Below, piece by piece: positions 9,197 to 18,537 of a DNA stretch of 29,169 nt; the first letter of the stretch is position 1, and each line of letters begins with the position of its first letter. The notes beneath the pieces were generated by a model that was not told the origin of the DNA, ran no database searches, and worked only from the letters and a program-made list of their open reading frames with translations. The DNA is from a virus. Lineage: Duplodnaviria > Caudoviricetes. The stretch spans positions 1 through 29,169 of the IMG/VR virus record IMGVR_UViG_3300020043_000889. One strand, given 5' to 3'. The position numbers and the translations under genes were made by a program.

Positions 9197-9607
9197 ATGG
9201 CTCAAATCGTTCTCAAAGATGTTGGAATTACTATCAACGGCACAGAGTTGTCAGATAGATCAAACTCTGTTGAAGTGAATTATGAAGTGGAGTCAGTTGA
9301 AGTGACTGCGTTCGGAGGCAACCGTTCATTCGTTGGCGGCTTGCAGAACAACACTTGCACTGTTGAACTGATGCAGGACTTCGCTGCAGCAAATGTTGAG
9401 GCAACAATTTTCCCATTGGTCGGAACACAGACCACGATTACTTTTGAACCAATCAAGTCTGCTGGTTCACCTTCAGCAACGAATCCTACCTACACAATCA
9501 CTGGCGCATATCTCGCCAGTCACACACCAATCTCTGGTGGTGTTGGTGAACTCTCAATGACTTCATTGACATTCACTGGTGGAACGCTGGTCAAGACAGT
9601 TGCATAA
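9197..9607 (+). CDS. Major tail (tube) protein
   Basis: 136 aa, beta-rich, EVTAFG...FVGGL, NPTYT. Lies directly upstream of the tail assembly chaperone. Confidence 0.85.
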   Translation: MAQIVLKDVGITINGTELSDRSNSVEVNYEVESVEVTAFGGNRSFVGGLQNNTCTVELMQDFAAANVEATIFPLVGTQTTITFEPIKSAGSPSATNPTYTITGAYLASHTPISGGVGELSMTSLTFTGGTLVKTVA

Positions 9608-9637
9608 ATAAATCAAAACAATTAGAAGGAGACTGCA

Positions 9638-9904
9638 ATGAAAATTGCTTTAATGGTTGAGTTCAATGACGGAACAAAGTCTGATGTTGATGCTGTGTTT
9701 GCTGACTTCGTAGCGTTTGAACGCACATGGCAGCGCAGTGTTGCACGCTTTGAAACAGAGATTCGCTTAACGGATCTTGCATGGTTGGCATGGCACAGTG
9801 AGACACGCACACGCAAAACCAGTTTGAAGTTTGATCCTGACTGGATTAACACTGTCACTACGGTTGAGATCCGTGAGGAAGTTGAAGCCCCAAAAGCCGA
9901 TTAG
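9638..9904 (+). CDS. Tail assembly chaperone (G-like)
   Basis: Position between tail tube and tape measure genes. RBS AGAAGGAGA. Slippery site near the 3' end. Confidence 0.85.
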   Translation: MKIALMVEFNDGTKSDVDAVFADFVAFERTWQRSVARFETEIRLTDLAWLAWHSETRTRKTSLKFDPDWINTVTTVEIREEVEAPKAD

Positions 9905-10053
9905 GTGACGATTCCGCACACTGGATTGTCGCCTATTTAGCCTGCGAAACTGGCATTGCACCCAAACATTTATTGGATGAAAGTGATGTGATGATTCAAG
10001 CCATGTTGGATTATCTTTCCAAGAAGGCTGAACGGGCTAATCGCAAACGGTAG
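9889..10053 (+). other. Programmed -1 frameshift site and extension of the chaperone (GT-like product, 9638..10053)
   Basis: In-phase heptamer C_CCA_AAA at 9889-9895. The -1 frame reads SRLGDDSAHWIVAYLACETGIAPKHLL...RANRKR to TAG 10051-10053. Confidence 0.85.
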
Positions 10054-10065
10054 TAACATCTGCAC

Positions 10066-10617
10066 ATGATCAAAGTTGATGTGTATGGTGTGCGTGAAAC
10101 GCTTGCGGAGTTGCGCAAGTATGAGGCTGAGACTTTTAAGCGCATTAAGAAGGATCTGATTCAGTCTGCTCAACCTGCTGCTGATGCTGTGGGTCGTGAG
10201 TTCCCTGATGAACCTTTAATGAATTGGCACACATCTGGTGGAAGGCTTGACAGTAAATCTAATTTGCCTCCTTACAACGGTGCTTCAGCGAAAAGAAAAG
10301 TGAAAGTTGTTGTCAGTACTAAGCGACCAAGAAACATGAACCAATATGGTTTGATTCGTTTGCAGCAGATGGATGCTGGTGGTCAGGTTTATGATTCTGC
10401 TGGTGCTATCACTAAGGCTGCTAGAGGTTCTAGTGCTTCTGCTGGACAGAAGTTTGTTGCCAATCTTGATAAGCGTTCAAAGCAATCAGCAGGGAATGGC
10501 TGGCGTTCCCGTGTAATGTATCCAGAAACGAAAAAGAATATGCCGTTGATTGAAAAGGCTGTTGAGGCTTCTATTCGTAAGATTGATGGTGAATTACAGA
10601 AGCGATTGAACGGATAA
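10066..10617 (+). CDS. Putative neck/tail-completion protein (HK97 gp10-like)
   Basis: Basic protein starting IKVDVYGVRETLAELRK with C-terminal RVMYP, as in gp10-like proteins. Confidence 0.6.
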   Translation: MIKVDVYGVRETLAELRKYEAETFKRIKKDLIQSAQPAADAVGREFPDEPLMNWHTSGGRLDSKSNLPPYNGASAKRKVKVVVSTKRPRNMNQYGLIRLQQMDAGGQVYDSAGAITKAARGSSASAGQKFVANLDKRSKQSAGNGWRSRVMYPETKKNMPLIEKAVEASIRKIDGELQKRLNG

Positions 10618-10621
10618 CCCT

Positions 10622-13138
10622 ATGGCAGTTGGCGTAAATATAGTCAGTACCTTTGACAGCAAGGGCATCAGCAAGGCTATTAAGGACTTCCAAAAGATTG
10701 AGGGTGCAGGCGGCAAGGCTGCATATTCCTTAAAGACTTTGGATCGTGCTGCTTCAAATGGTGTAAAGAATCTTGCCAAGATTGGTGCAGCAGTTGGTGT
10801 TGCTGCAGGTGCTATCGGTTTCAAACTTGCTTCTGCAGCGTATGAATCACAGAAGGTGATGGCTCAAACCACAGCGATCATCAAGGCTACTGGTGGTGCT
10901 GCAGGTGTTACAGCAACACAGGTTTCTAATTTGTCAGAAAAACTTGCACTTCAAATTGGTGTGGATGATGAGTTAATTCAGAAGTCTGCCAACCTGTTAC
11001 TCACTTTTAAGCAGGTGCAGAATCAGGTTGGTGAGAACAACAACATCTTTGATCGTGCTGTTATAACTGCACAGGATTTGGGCAATGTGTTTGGTTCTGC
11101 TGATGCTGCAGCAATGCAACTTGGTAAGGCGTTGAGTGATCCTGTGAAGGGTATTACTGCTTTGCGTAGGGCTGGTATTAACTTCACTGAGCAGCAGAAG
11201 GAACAGATCAAAACACTGGTTGCTTCAGGGGATATGTTGGGTGCGCAGAAACTCATTCTTGCTGAGGTGGAATCACAGGTTGGTGGTACGGCTGCTGCAA
11301 CTGCCACAGGTTTTGATCGTATGCGTGTCGCTATGGGGAATGTGGCTGAGGAGTTTGGTGCAATCCTGATTCCATACATTGAACGCTTTGCAAACTTTAT
11401 TACTCAAAAGGTTGTTCCATATCTGACGAACCTTGCTGATGTTCTTGGTGAGAAGGGTGTTGGTTCTGCAATCGGAATGTTGGCTGGTGATTTCCTTAAT
11501 TTGACTACCAACATGGGCAAGACTGGCAACATCATTTTGGGTATTGCAACAGCGTTCCTGATGTTGAAGGCTGCAACTGTAGCGTTCACTATTGCCCAGA
11601 CTGCCGCAACTATTGCCACTGCAGCATTTGGTATCGCACTGAACGCTACTGGTATTGGTTTGATAGCAGCAGGCATTGCTGCTGTAGTGGTTGGGCTGAT
11701 CGCTTTGTATGTGAAGTTTGAGGTTGTGCGCAAAGTCGTGAACTCTGTAATCAATTTCATTATTGGTTTGATTGAGAACTGGTTGAACACTTGGATTTTT
11801 GTTATCAACAGAATCATTGACGGAATCAACCTGCTGATTAAGGCTGCCAATTTCTTTGGCGCAGGGCTAGAGGAATTAGGTCATATCGGGGAAGTTGAGT
11901 TTGGGCGTATCGGTAATGCTGCTTCTGGCGCACGCAAACAAATCGGCAGTGTTGCTGAGGTTGCTGGTGCTATGGCAGAAAAAGAAGGTGGCGTTCAAAA
12001 GGTTGTCAAAGCGTTGAAAGATATTGGTGGTGGTGCAGGTGGTGGGGCTGCTGGTGGTGCAGCCAAAGCGGTTGAGACTGCGAAAGAAAAACTAGAGAAA
12101 TATATTGATGCGTTGAAGGGCATGAGTTCTGCACAGAAGTCTGCCCGTGATGCTGACAAATCGTTGATGAAGTCACGCACAAGTTTGGCTGAGGCAACCA
12201 CCAAACTCACTGATGCACAAGCATATTTCAATCAGGTTGTTGCAGGTTATGGTGCTAACAGCAAGCAGGCTAAGGATCGCCAGTTGGCTTTGCGTAAGGC
12301 GCAGGGTGCTGTTGAGCGTGCTGGTTATGATGTTGAAAGTTCAGTGTTCGCTGTAACTAGAGCAGAACAAGAGTTGGCTGCAGTTCGTCTTGATCCTGAA
12401 TCGTCTGCGCAGGCTATTCGTGAATCTGAGATTGCTTTGGCTGAAGCGAAACTGGCTGTTAAGGATGCAACTGAATCGCAAGTTGAGGCAACGGATGCTC
12501 TTGCTGAGGCAGAGCAACTTTTGGATGAGGCGATTAACGGTGCGAAAGAAGGCAGTGACGCATACACAGAAGCATTAGACAAATTGAATGATGCTAAGAA
12601 AGCACAGGTTGATGCTACTGATGCTGTGACTGAAGCATTGGAACGCCAGACTGAAGCAGTTGAACGACTTGCTGAGGCAGAGGAAAAAGCACGCAAAGCA
12701 AGAACTGGTGTTGATGCTGGTGACGCTGCTGCTGCAGAAACAAAGGTTGGTGTTGCACCTTCACCTGTTGCCACAGGTGGTTTGTTTGGTTCGTTTATGG
12801 AGGCTGTGCGTGGACTGCATCCAAACAGCAAAGCATTGAAGTCATCTACACCAGTGACTGATGCACGCAAACAGTTCCCGAAACTGTATGCCGAATATAA
12901 GGCAAAAGGTTTGGCTATGGCACAGGGTGGAATCATCACAAAGCCAACACAACTTCTTGCAGGTGAGGCTGGTGCAGAGGCAATCATTCCACTGGACAAA
13001 CTGCAATCAGGAATGACTGTCAATGTCACAATCAATGCTGGTATGGGTACTGATCCAGCGAAACTTGGTGATGAGATCGTTGATGTTTTGACTAGGTATC
13101 AGCGCAGGAATGGTGCGTTGCCACTGAAGGTTGCCTGA
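10622..13138 (+). CDS. Tape measure protein
   Basis: 838 aa, Ala/Gly-rich and helical, QLGKALSDPVKGITALRRAG, hydrophobic middle, C-terminal MAQGGII...GEAGAEAIIPL. Confidence 0.95.
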   Translation: MAVGVNIVSTFDSKGISKAIKDFQKIEGAGGKAAYSLKTLDRAASNGVKNLAKIGAAVGVAAGAIGFKLASAAYESQKVMAQTTAIIKATGGAAGVTATQVSNLSEKLALQIGVDDELIQKSANLLLTFKQVQNQVGENNNIFDRAVITAQDLGNVFGSADAAAMQLGKALSDPVKGITALRRAGINFTEQQKEQIKTLVASGDMLGAQKLILAEVESQVGGTAAATATGFDRMRVAMGNVAEEFGAILIPYIERFANFITQKVVPYLTNLADVLGEKGVGSAIGMLAGDFLNLTTNMGKTGNIILGIATAFLMLKAATVAFTIAQTAATIATAAFGIALNATGIGLIAAGIAAVVVGLIALYVKFEVVRKVVNSVINFIIGLIENWLNTWIFVINRIIDGINLLIKAANFFGAGLEELGHIGEVEFGRIGNAASGARKQIGSVAEVAGAMAEKEGGVQKVVKALKDIGGGAGGGAAGGAAKAVETAKEKLEKYIDALKGMSSAQKSARDADKSLMKSRTSLAEATTKLTDAQAYFNQVVAGYGANSKQAKDRQLALRKAQGAVERAGYDVESSVFAVTRAEQELAAVRLDPESSAQAIRESEIALAEAKLAVKDATESQVEATDALAEAEQLLDEAINGAKEGSDAYTEALDKLNDAKKAQVDATDAVTEALERQTEAVERLAEAEEKARKARTGVDAGDAAAAETKVGVAPSPVATGGLFGSFMEAVRGLHPNSKALKSSTPVTDARKQFPKLYAEYKAKGLAMAQGGIITKPTQLLAGEAGAEAIIPLDKLQSGMTVNVTINAGMGTDPAKLGDEIVDVLTRYQRRNGALPLKVA

Positions 13139-13139
13139 T

Positions 13140-14417
13140 ATGACCACAATGGCTTGGGGTGAGAACATCCAGATTTTCATGGAGTTGGGGTTTCCTGTAA
13201 ATCCTTTCACGCTCGACGATGCCGTGCTTGGCGTTTTAGATGAGGATTATCTTGATGGCACTTTGATTGGTGATGATGTGTCACCTTATGCTCAAGAGGT
13301 TTCTATCTCACGTGGCCGTTCTGACCAGTTGCAGAACTTTAACGCTGGTACTTGCAGTGTGCGTTTGTTGAACCGTGATCGCAGGTTTGATCCAATTAAT
13401 GAAAGTTCCCCATATTGGAATAGCACGCTTGGTGTTTCTGGTGTTGCGCCACGCAGGAAGGTAACTGTTGTTTCTGATGGTGTCGCATTGTTCACAGGGC
13501 GTATCACAGACATTGATGTTTCCTATGAGCCAAACAATCCGAACGCAACCAGTGAGAACAGTTATGTGACTATCACGGCTGCAGATGACTTTGTGCTGTT
13601 GGCAAACACATTCACAGAATCACCTATTACACCAACGCAAGAGTTGTCTGGAACACGGGTTGCAACAATCCTTGATCTGCCAGAAGTCGGATACCCTGCA
13701 ACTAGGGACATTGATGCTGGTTCAGCAACATTGGGTGGTGGCGCAACCTTTGAGATCGCAGGCAACAGCAATGTTCTGACCTATCTGCAGTCAGTTGCTA
13801 CCAGCGAACAAGGCTATTTCTTTGTTGCAGCGAACGGTGATTTGACTTTCACGGATCGCATTGCAGCCTCGTTTGCAACGATCAGCGCATACTTCTCTGA
13901 CGCTGGAACAAACATCCCTTACACAAGCCTTTCAGTTATGTACGGGCAAGAGTTCCTATACAACAAGGTGGTGTGTTCTGTTGAGGGTGGCACAGATCAA
14001 ACAGTGAATGATGTTGCCTCGCAAACTGAATACGGGATTTCAACACTCAACCTTTCAGGTTTGTTGTTGGTTGATGATGCTGCAGCCCTAGCACTTGCAA
14101 CCGATCTGCTGGACAGGTACAAGTTGCCTGAATACAGGTTTGACAAACTGCAGACCATCTACAATCCTTTGAACTCTGTGAAGCAGGCTGATCTAACAGG
14201 GCTTGAGATTGCTGATGTTGTGAGCATTACACGCACCTACCCAACAGGAACACCAGCCAGTGTCACTAAGGAATACAGCATTGAGAACATCCGTCATGTG
14301 ATCAGCCCTAGTTCACACACGGTTGAGTTCGGGCTTGCTGTTGCTGATCTGGTTTACCCATTCACACTGGATGATGCAACCTTTGGTGTGATGGACTCTA
14401 CAAACGCACTAACTTAG
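13140..14417 (+). CDS. Minor tail / tail-tip (hub-like) protein
   Basis: Directly after the TMP. Acidic and beta-rich (ISRGRS, FTGRITDID, EQGYFFV). Confidence 0.8.
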   Translation: MTTMAWGENIQIFMELGFPVNPFTLDDAVLGVLDEDYLDGTLIGDDVSPYAQEVSISRGRSDQLQNFNAGTCSVRLLNRDRRFDPINESSPYWNSTLGVSGVAPRRKVTVVSDGVALFTGRITDIDVSYEPNNPNATSENSYVTITAADDFVLLANTFTESPITPTQELSGTRVATILDLPEVGYPATRDIDAGSATLGGGATFEIAGNSNVLTYLQSVATSEQGYFFVAANGDLTFTDRIAASFATISAYFSDAGTNIPYTSLSVMYGQEFLYNKVVCSVEGGTDQTVNDVASQTEYGISTLNLSGLLLVDDAAALALATDLLDRYKLPEYRFDKLQTIYNPLNSVKQADLTGLEIADVVSITRTYPTGTPASVTKEYSIENIRHVISPSSHTVEFGLAVADLVYPFTLDDATFGVMDSTNALT

Positions 14418-14438
14418 GGTGTTACACTAGGAGGCATT

Positions 14439-15560
14439 ATGGCTAAACAAACATTTACTTCAGGTCAGGTTCTCACTGCAGAACAACAAAACGCTTTGCA
14501 GGCTAATGATTACAACTGGACTGTGAGCAATAAAACGGCAAACTATACGCTTGTTGCAGCCGATAAGGGAACACGAATTGTGATGAGTAACGCTGGTGCT
14601 ACCACAATCACAGTGAACACAGGTTTGTTTGATGCTGGCGATACTTTGTTTATTCAGAACATTGGTGCAGGTACTTGCACTATTACTGCTGGAACTGCAA
14701 CAGTTACAACTGCTGGCTCTTTAGCGTTGGCACAATGGGGAGGTGGCACGCTTTATTTTACAAGTGCTAGTGCTGCTGTTTTTTTTAGTGGTGGTGGTGC
14801 TAACTATGGCACTGCTTCAGGTGGCACATCAACAACTGTAAGCGGAGTTGCCTATCAGTATCTTGCGTTCACTTCATCTGGAAGTTTTACACCAACCAAA
14901 GCAGGCTTGTTTGATGTGCTTGCGTTTGGTGGCGGTTGTGGCGGTTCGGCAGACTTCTCATATAGCGGTGGTGGTGGTTCAGGTGGAATATCACAGCAGA
15001 CTATTTATCTAAACACAGATGCGCAAACTGTCACTATTGGTGCAGGTGGTGCGGTAGATTCCAGTGGAAACCCATCAAGCATTGGAGTAATACCTAACGC
15101 TATTGCGGTGGCTGGTGGAAGTTTTACTGCTGTTCCTGTTTCTTTGCGTTTTGCGCCCTTAGGTGGAATGTCAGGTGCAACTGGCGGTTACAACGCAGGT
15201 GTCACAAATGTTCAAGGTTATGTCGGTGGGACTTCAAACACTAACGCTGGAGGTGGTGGTGGTTCAACTACTGCTGCAGGTGGAAACGCATCAGCAAATA
15301 TCGGAGGTAATGGTGCGGCTGGTTATGATGTGAGCGCATTTATTGGCAGTTCAGCACTTTTGAAGGGTGCTGGAGGTGGTGGTGGAGCAGGTACAACTGG
15401 TGGAACTGGTGGTTCATCAATAGGCGGAAATGGTGCAAGCGGTGCAACCAATGGGACATCTGCTGGTAACAATACTGCTTCTGGCGGTGGTGGTAGAGGT
15501 TCAACAGGAACGGCTGGTGCTGGTGGTTCAGGTATTATTTATATTCGTTGGAAGGTCTAA
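14439..15560 (+). CDS. Glycine-rich tail fibre / receptor-binding protein
   Basis: GGAGG RBS. N-terminal FTSGQVLTA anchor-like motif. Long Gly-rich C-terminal region ending GAGGSGIIYIRW. Confidence 0.8.
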   Translation: MAKQTFTSGQVLTAEQQNALQANDYNWTVSNKTANYTLVAADKGTRIVMSNAGATTITVNTGLFDAGDTLFIQNIGAGTCTITAGTATVTTAGSLALAQWGGGTLYFTSASAAVFFSGGGANYGTASGGTSTTVSGVAYQYLAFTSSGSFTPTKAGLFDVLAFGGGCGGSADFSYSGGGGSGGISQQTIYLNTDAQTVTIGAGGAVDSSGNPSSIGVIPNAIAVAGGSFTAVPVSLRFAPLGGMSGATGGYNAGVTNVQGYVGGTSNTNAGGGGGSTTAAGGNASANIGGNGAAGYDVSAFIGSSALLKGAGGGGGAGTTGGTGGSSIGGNGASGATNGTSAGNNTASGGGGRGSTGTAGAGGSGIIYIRWKV

Positions 15561-15565
15561 CTGTT

Positions 15566-15817
15566 ATGGCGCACTTTGCAAAAGTAGAGAACAGCATTGT
15601 TGGTCAAGTAATCGTTGTATCAAATAACGATTGTGGTGGTGGTGAGTTCCCTGAATCAGAACCAATCGGTCAGGCGTTTATTGCTTCACTTGGTTTAGAT
15701 GGTCAATGGTTGCAGACTTCGTATCACGCAAACTTTCGTGGCGCATATGCAGGCATTGGTTTCACCTATGATGCTGAACTTGATGAGTTTGTAGCACCTG
15801 CACCAATAGAGCCATAA
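15566..15817 (+). CDS. Small tail-fibre-associated protein (83 aa)
   Basis: MAHFAKV...WLQTSY...FRGAYAGIGFTYD...DEF. Follows the Gly-rich fibre gene. Confidence 0.75.
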   Translation: MAHFAKVENSIVGQVIVVSNNDCGGGEFPESEPIGQAFIASLGLDGQWLQTSYHANFRGAYAGIGFTYDAELDEFVAPAPIEP

Positions 15818-15818
15818 T

Positions 15819-17156
15819 GTGTTTCAGTCTCGTTGGCTGATCTTTCTCCCTGTAGCCCTGTTTGCATTATTCGCACCACAGCGTGCTGAAGCATCACAAG
15901 TTGGGTTGCTGGTTCGTGGATATCAGGTAACAGAGATCCCACCAACAAAATCTGATGTTGCTTATCCTTTGTGTGGTAGCAGTGTTGAGCCGTTTATTAA
16001 TGCCACTTGGGATTATGAGCCGTATCAGCAATGTGATTGGGATTTGTTCATGTTGCATTACACGGGCTTTCTGCAGATACCTGAGCATGAAACCATTGAG
16101 TTTTGGGTTGCGTCTGATGATGGTGGCACAGTCAAGATTGGCACTGAGGAGTTTGGTGTTTGGCAGGATCAAGGTTGCAGCGCAACTGAAACAGGTTTGA
16201 TTGATATTGCTGCTGGCACACAGGTTATTGATGCATGGTTTTATGAGAACGGTGGCGGTACTTGTTTCATGCTTGCATGGAACATTGACAACACAGGGTG
16301 GGCGATTGTTCAACCAGAGTTCTTTACTAGTGAACCTTTGACAGTACAGACAACTTCAACACTTGAAACCACAACAACAGAATCAAGTACTACGACAACG
16401 GGGATGCCAGCAAGCACCACCACAACATCTATTTACCTGCCAACCACAACGGCAGCACCACAAACAACAACAGCATTGCCCCAAACAACCTCATCTGTTA
16501 TTCCCCAACCCGATCCTCTACCAGTTCCAATAGTCGTGGCAACCACTTCAATACCAGCCACAACAACCACCCTAGAACTCCTACCAGAAACAACGCTGAC
16601 CACATCCCCACAGACTACAAGCAGCAGTATCCCTGCCACGACAATCGCCCCATTGCCTCCTGTAAGCGTTTCTAACGCACCAGAAACCACAACCAGTACC
16701 TACACAGCACCTGAAACGGGAGAGCCTTTAACGCAAGCGCAATTTGCGGAAGCCCTAACAGCCCTATCAGAAGCAACACCAGAACAGGTGACAGAAATTG
16801 TGGACACAATCCTTGCCAGCGAGGTCACATCAGAACAGGCTGAACAGTTAGTGGCAGCAGTAGAAGTGCTATCTGCAATCACAGGTGAGCAAGCACAAGA
16901 GTTATTTCAAGCGATTGAACCAGCACAACTATCAGAATCAATGGCAGCAGTAATTGCTGACGCAATGAACGATCCTGCTGTATCTGATGAAGTGAAAGAA
17001 GCGTTTGAGGAAACGCTAAACATTTTCGGCAATGACGGATTCTCCACATATGTTCCACTTGATTCAAATGTGAATGTGGCTGTACGGCGCACAATTATTG
17101 CAGGCACTACAATCCTTGTTGCTTTACCGTCACCAGTTCCTACGAGGCGCACATGA
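15819..17156 (+). CDS. Secreted or membrane-anchored PA14-domain protein with Thr/Pro-rich stalk
   Basis: Signal-peptide-like N-terminus, PA14 motifs (YTGFL, SDDG, WFYENGG), mucin-like linker, acidic helical region and hydrophobic C-terminus. Confidence 0.8.
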   Translation: MFQSRWLIFLPVALFALFAPQRAEASQVGLLVRGYQVTEIPPTKSDVAYPLCGSSVEPFINATWDYEPYQQCDWDLFMLHYTGFLQIPEHETIEFWVASDDGGTVKIGTEEFGVWQDQGCSATETGLIDIAAGTQVIDAWFYENGGGTCFMLAWNIDNTGWAIVQPEFFTSEPLTVQTTSTLETTTTESSTTTTGMPASTTTTSIYLPTTTAAPQTTTALPQTTSSVIPQPDPLPVPIVVATTSIPATTTTLELLPETTLTTSPQTTSSSIPATTIAPLPPVSVSNAPETTTSTYTAPETGEPLTQAQFAEALTALSEATPEQVTEIVDTILASEVTSEQAEQLVAAVEVLSAITGEQAQELFQAIEPAQLSESMAAVIADAMNDPAVSDEVKEAFEETLNIFGNDGFSTYVPLDSNVNVAVRRTIIAGTTILVALPSPVPTRRT

Positions 17157-17323
17157 AAAAGATTCACGATTATCTGATTGAGAACGCATGGGTTTGGGCT
17201 GGAACAGGTTTGGTGTTGCTCACTTTGTCTGGAACAACTTTGCGTCAAGCCTTATGGATTACCTGTTTGACGGTACTAGTACACTTCATGGCAACAATGT
17301 TAAAGAAAGGTGATCCAGAATGA
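17153..17323 (+). CDS. Small two-TM membrane protein (56 aa)
   Basis: Hand translation MKKIHDYLIENAWVWAGTGLVLLTLSGTTLRQALWITCLTVLVHFMATMLKKGDPE. ATGA overlaps at both ends. Confidence 0.8.
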   Translation: MKKIHDYLIENAWVWAGTGLVLLTLSGTTLRQALWITCLTVLVHFMATMLKKGDPE

Positions 17324-17580
17324 AAAAGGCTCAAGATGTCGCAGGCAGAATTATTGCGTTGTTTCTCACTAATGCGTTGGGTGTAATCACAGGTGCATCT
17401 GTTATTGCACCAGAGTTGGAGATTTGGAAGGCTGCAGCGTTGGCTGGTGCTGTGTCGGTGTTCAAGGTTGTTGAATCGTTGGCACGGGCTTCTGTTGATG
17501 GCACGCTAACGAAGGATGAAATTGATGCAGCGTTTGGTGCAACACCAAAAAAGATTGCAGCAAAGAAGGCAGCGAAATGA
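17320..17580 (+). CDS. Putative holin
   Basis: Two hydrophobic segments and a charged basic C-terminus, directly upstream of the endolysin. Confidence 0.65.
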   Translation: MKKAQDVAGRIIALFLTNALGVITGASVIAPELEIWKAAALAGAVSVFKVVESLARASVDGTLTKDEIDAAFGATPKKIAAKKAAK

Positions 17581-18083
17581 AACGCCCGTACACAGGAAAC
17601 AAAGATGGTGCTGCAACTGGTGAACATCCACAACTCACTGCACTGATCAAAGAACTAACGAAGGCTTACAGTCCTGCGCTCTGGAACAATGGTTCATGGG
17701 GTGTGAGAAATATGAGAGGGAAGGAATCGTTGAGCGTTCATGCAACAGGTAGGGCTGTAGATATTTCGTGGCGCAACATGGGTGACGGCAAGCGTGGTGT
17801 TGCTAAGGGTGGGCGCAAGTATGCAATGGCTGCAATGGATTATTTGGTGAAGCACGCTGACGCTTTGGGTATAGAAATGATTATTGATTATTTCCCCACC
17901 CCATACGGAAGGGCAGCCAAGTGCGATAGAGACATGGCATGGCAGAAGTACACAAAAGAAACTGTGCATGGCGCACCTAATGGCGATTGGTTTCACTGTG
18001 AGGTTGATGGCAAGAAATCATCTGAGCAGATCAAGGCTGTGTTTGCAGCCAACCCACCAGAGAAGGTAGTGGTTGGTGCATAA
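17577..18083 (+). CDS. Endolysin, M15-like zinc peptidase
   Basis: R...SVHATGRAVD (HxxxxxxD) and DWFHCE zinc-ligand pattern. Confidence 0.8.
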   Translation: MKRPYTGNKDGAATGEHPQLTALIKELTKAYSPALWNNGSWGVRNMRGKESLSVHATGRAVDISWRNMGDGKRGVAKGGRKYAMAAMDYLVKHADALGIEMIIDYFPTPYGRAAKCDRDMAWQKYTKETVHGAPNGDWFHCEVDGKKSSEQIKAVFAANPPEKVVVGA

Positions 18084-18347
18084 ATGGATGCTGGACTTGC
18101 TGCCATAATCGTTGCTTGCATCACAACGCTTGGTGGCATTGTGGTTGGTTTCATGCAATCATTTAAGAAGGAGAGCAAGGAAGCCAGAAGGGAGAACCGT
18201 GAGGATCATGCTGTTGTGCAGATGCAACTCAAGATGATCTACAAAGGTTTGAACAAAGTAGATAACAAGTTAGAACAACACATTCAAGATCACAGAGAAG
18301 GTGAGCATGGGAAAGTTATTACAGCAGATAGAGGCAACGCCAGTTAA
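18084..18347 (+). CDS. Single-TM coiled-coil protein (lysis accessory candidate)
   Basis: N-terminal TM helix then a heptad-like region, adjacent to the endolysin. Confidence 0.65.
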   Translation: MDAGLAAIIVACITTLGGIVVGFMQSFKKESKEARRENREDHAVVQMQLKMIYKGLNKVDNKLEQHIQDHREGEHGKVITADRGNAS

Positions 18348-18537
18348 TACTGGTGGAAAAGAATCAACAGTTGATCTGGCGATTCAATCAATGCAAGGTG
18401 AGGACAGAGAGGACTTGGTGTGCGCTTTGCGTAACACAACAATCTCTGCATCAGTCATATCGCAAGTGTTGCAAGACAATGGTTGCGAAGTCTCAAGAAA
18501 TGCAATCGTGCGTTGGCGAAACAGGGAAGGTGTCTGA
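18307..18537 (+). CDS. Small helical protein, possible HTH
   Basis: SASVISQVLQDNGCEVSRNAIVRWR. TGATG coupling to the next gene. Confidence 0.6.
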   Translation: MGKLLQQIEATPVNTGGKESTVDLAIQSMQGEDREDLVCALRNTTISASVISQVLQDNGCEVSRNAIVRWRNREGV

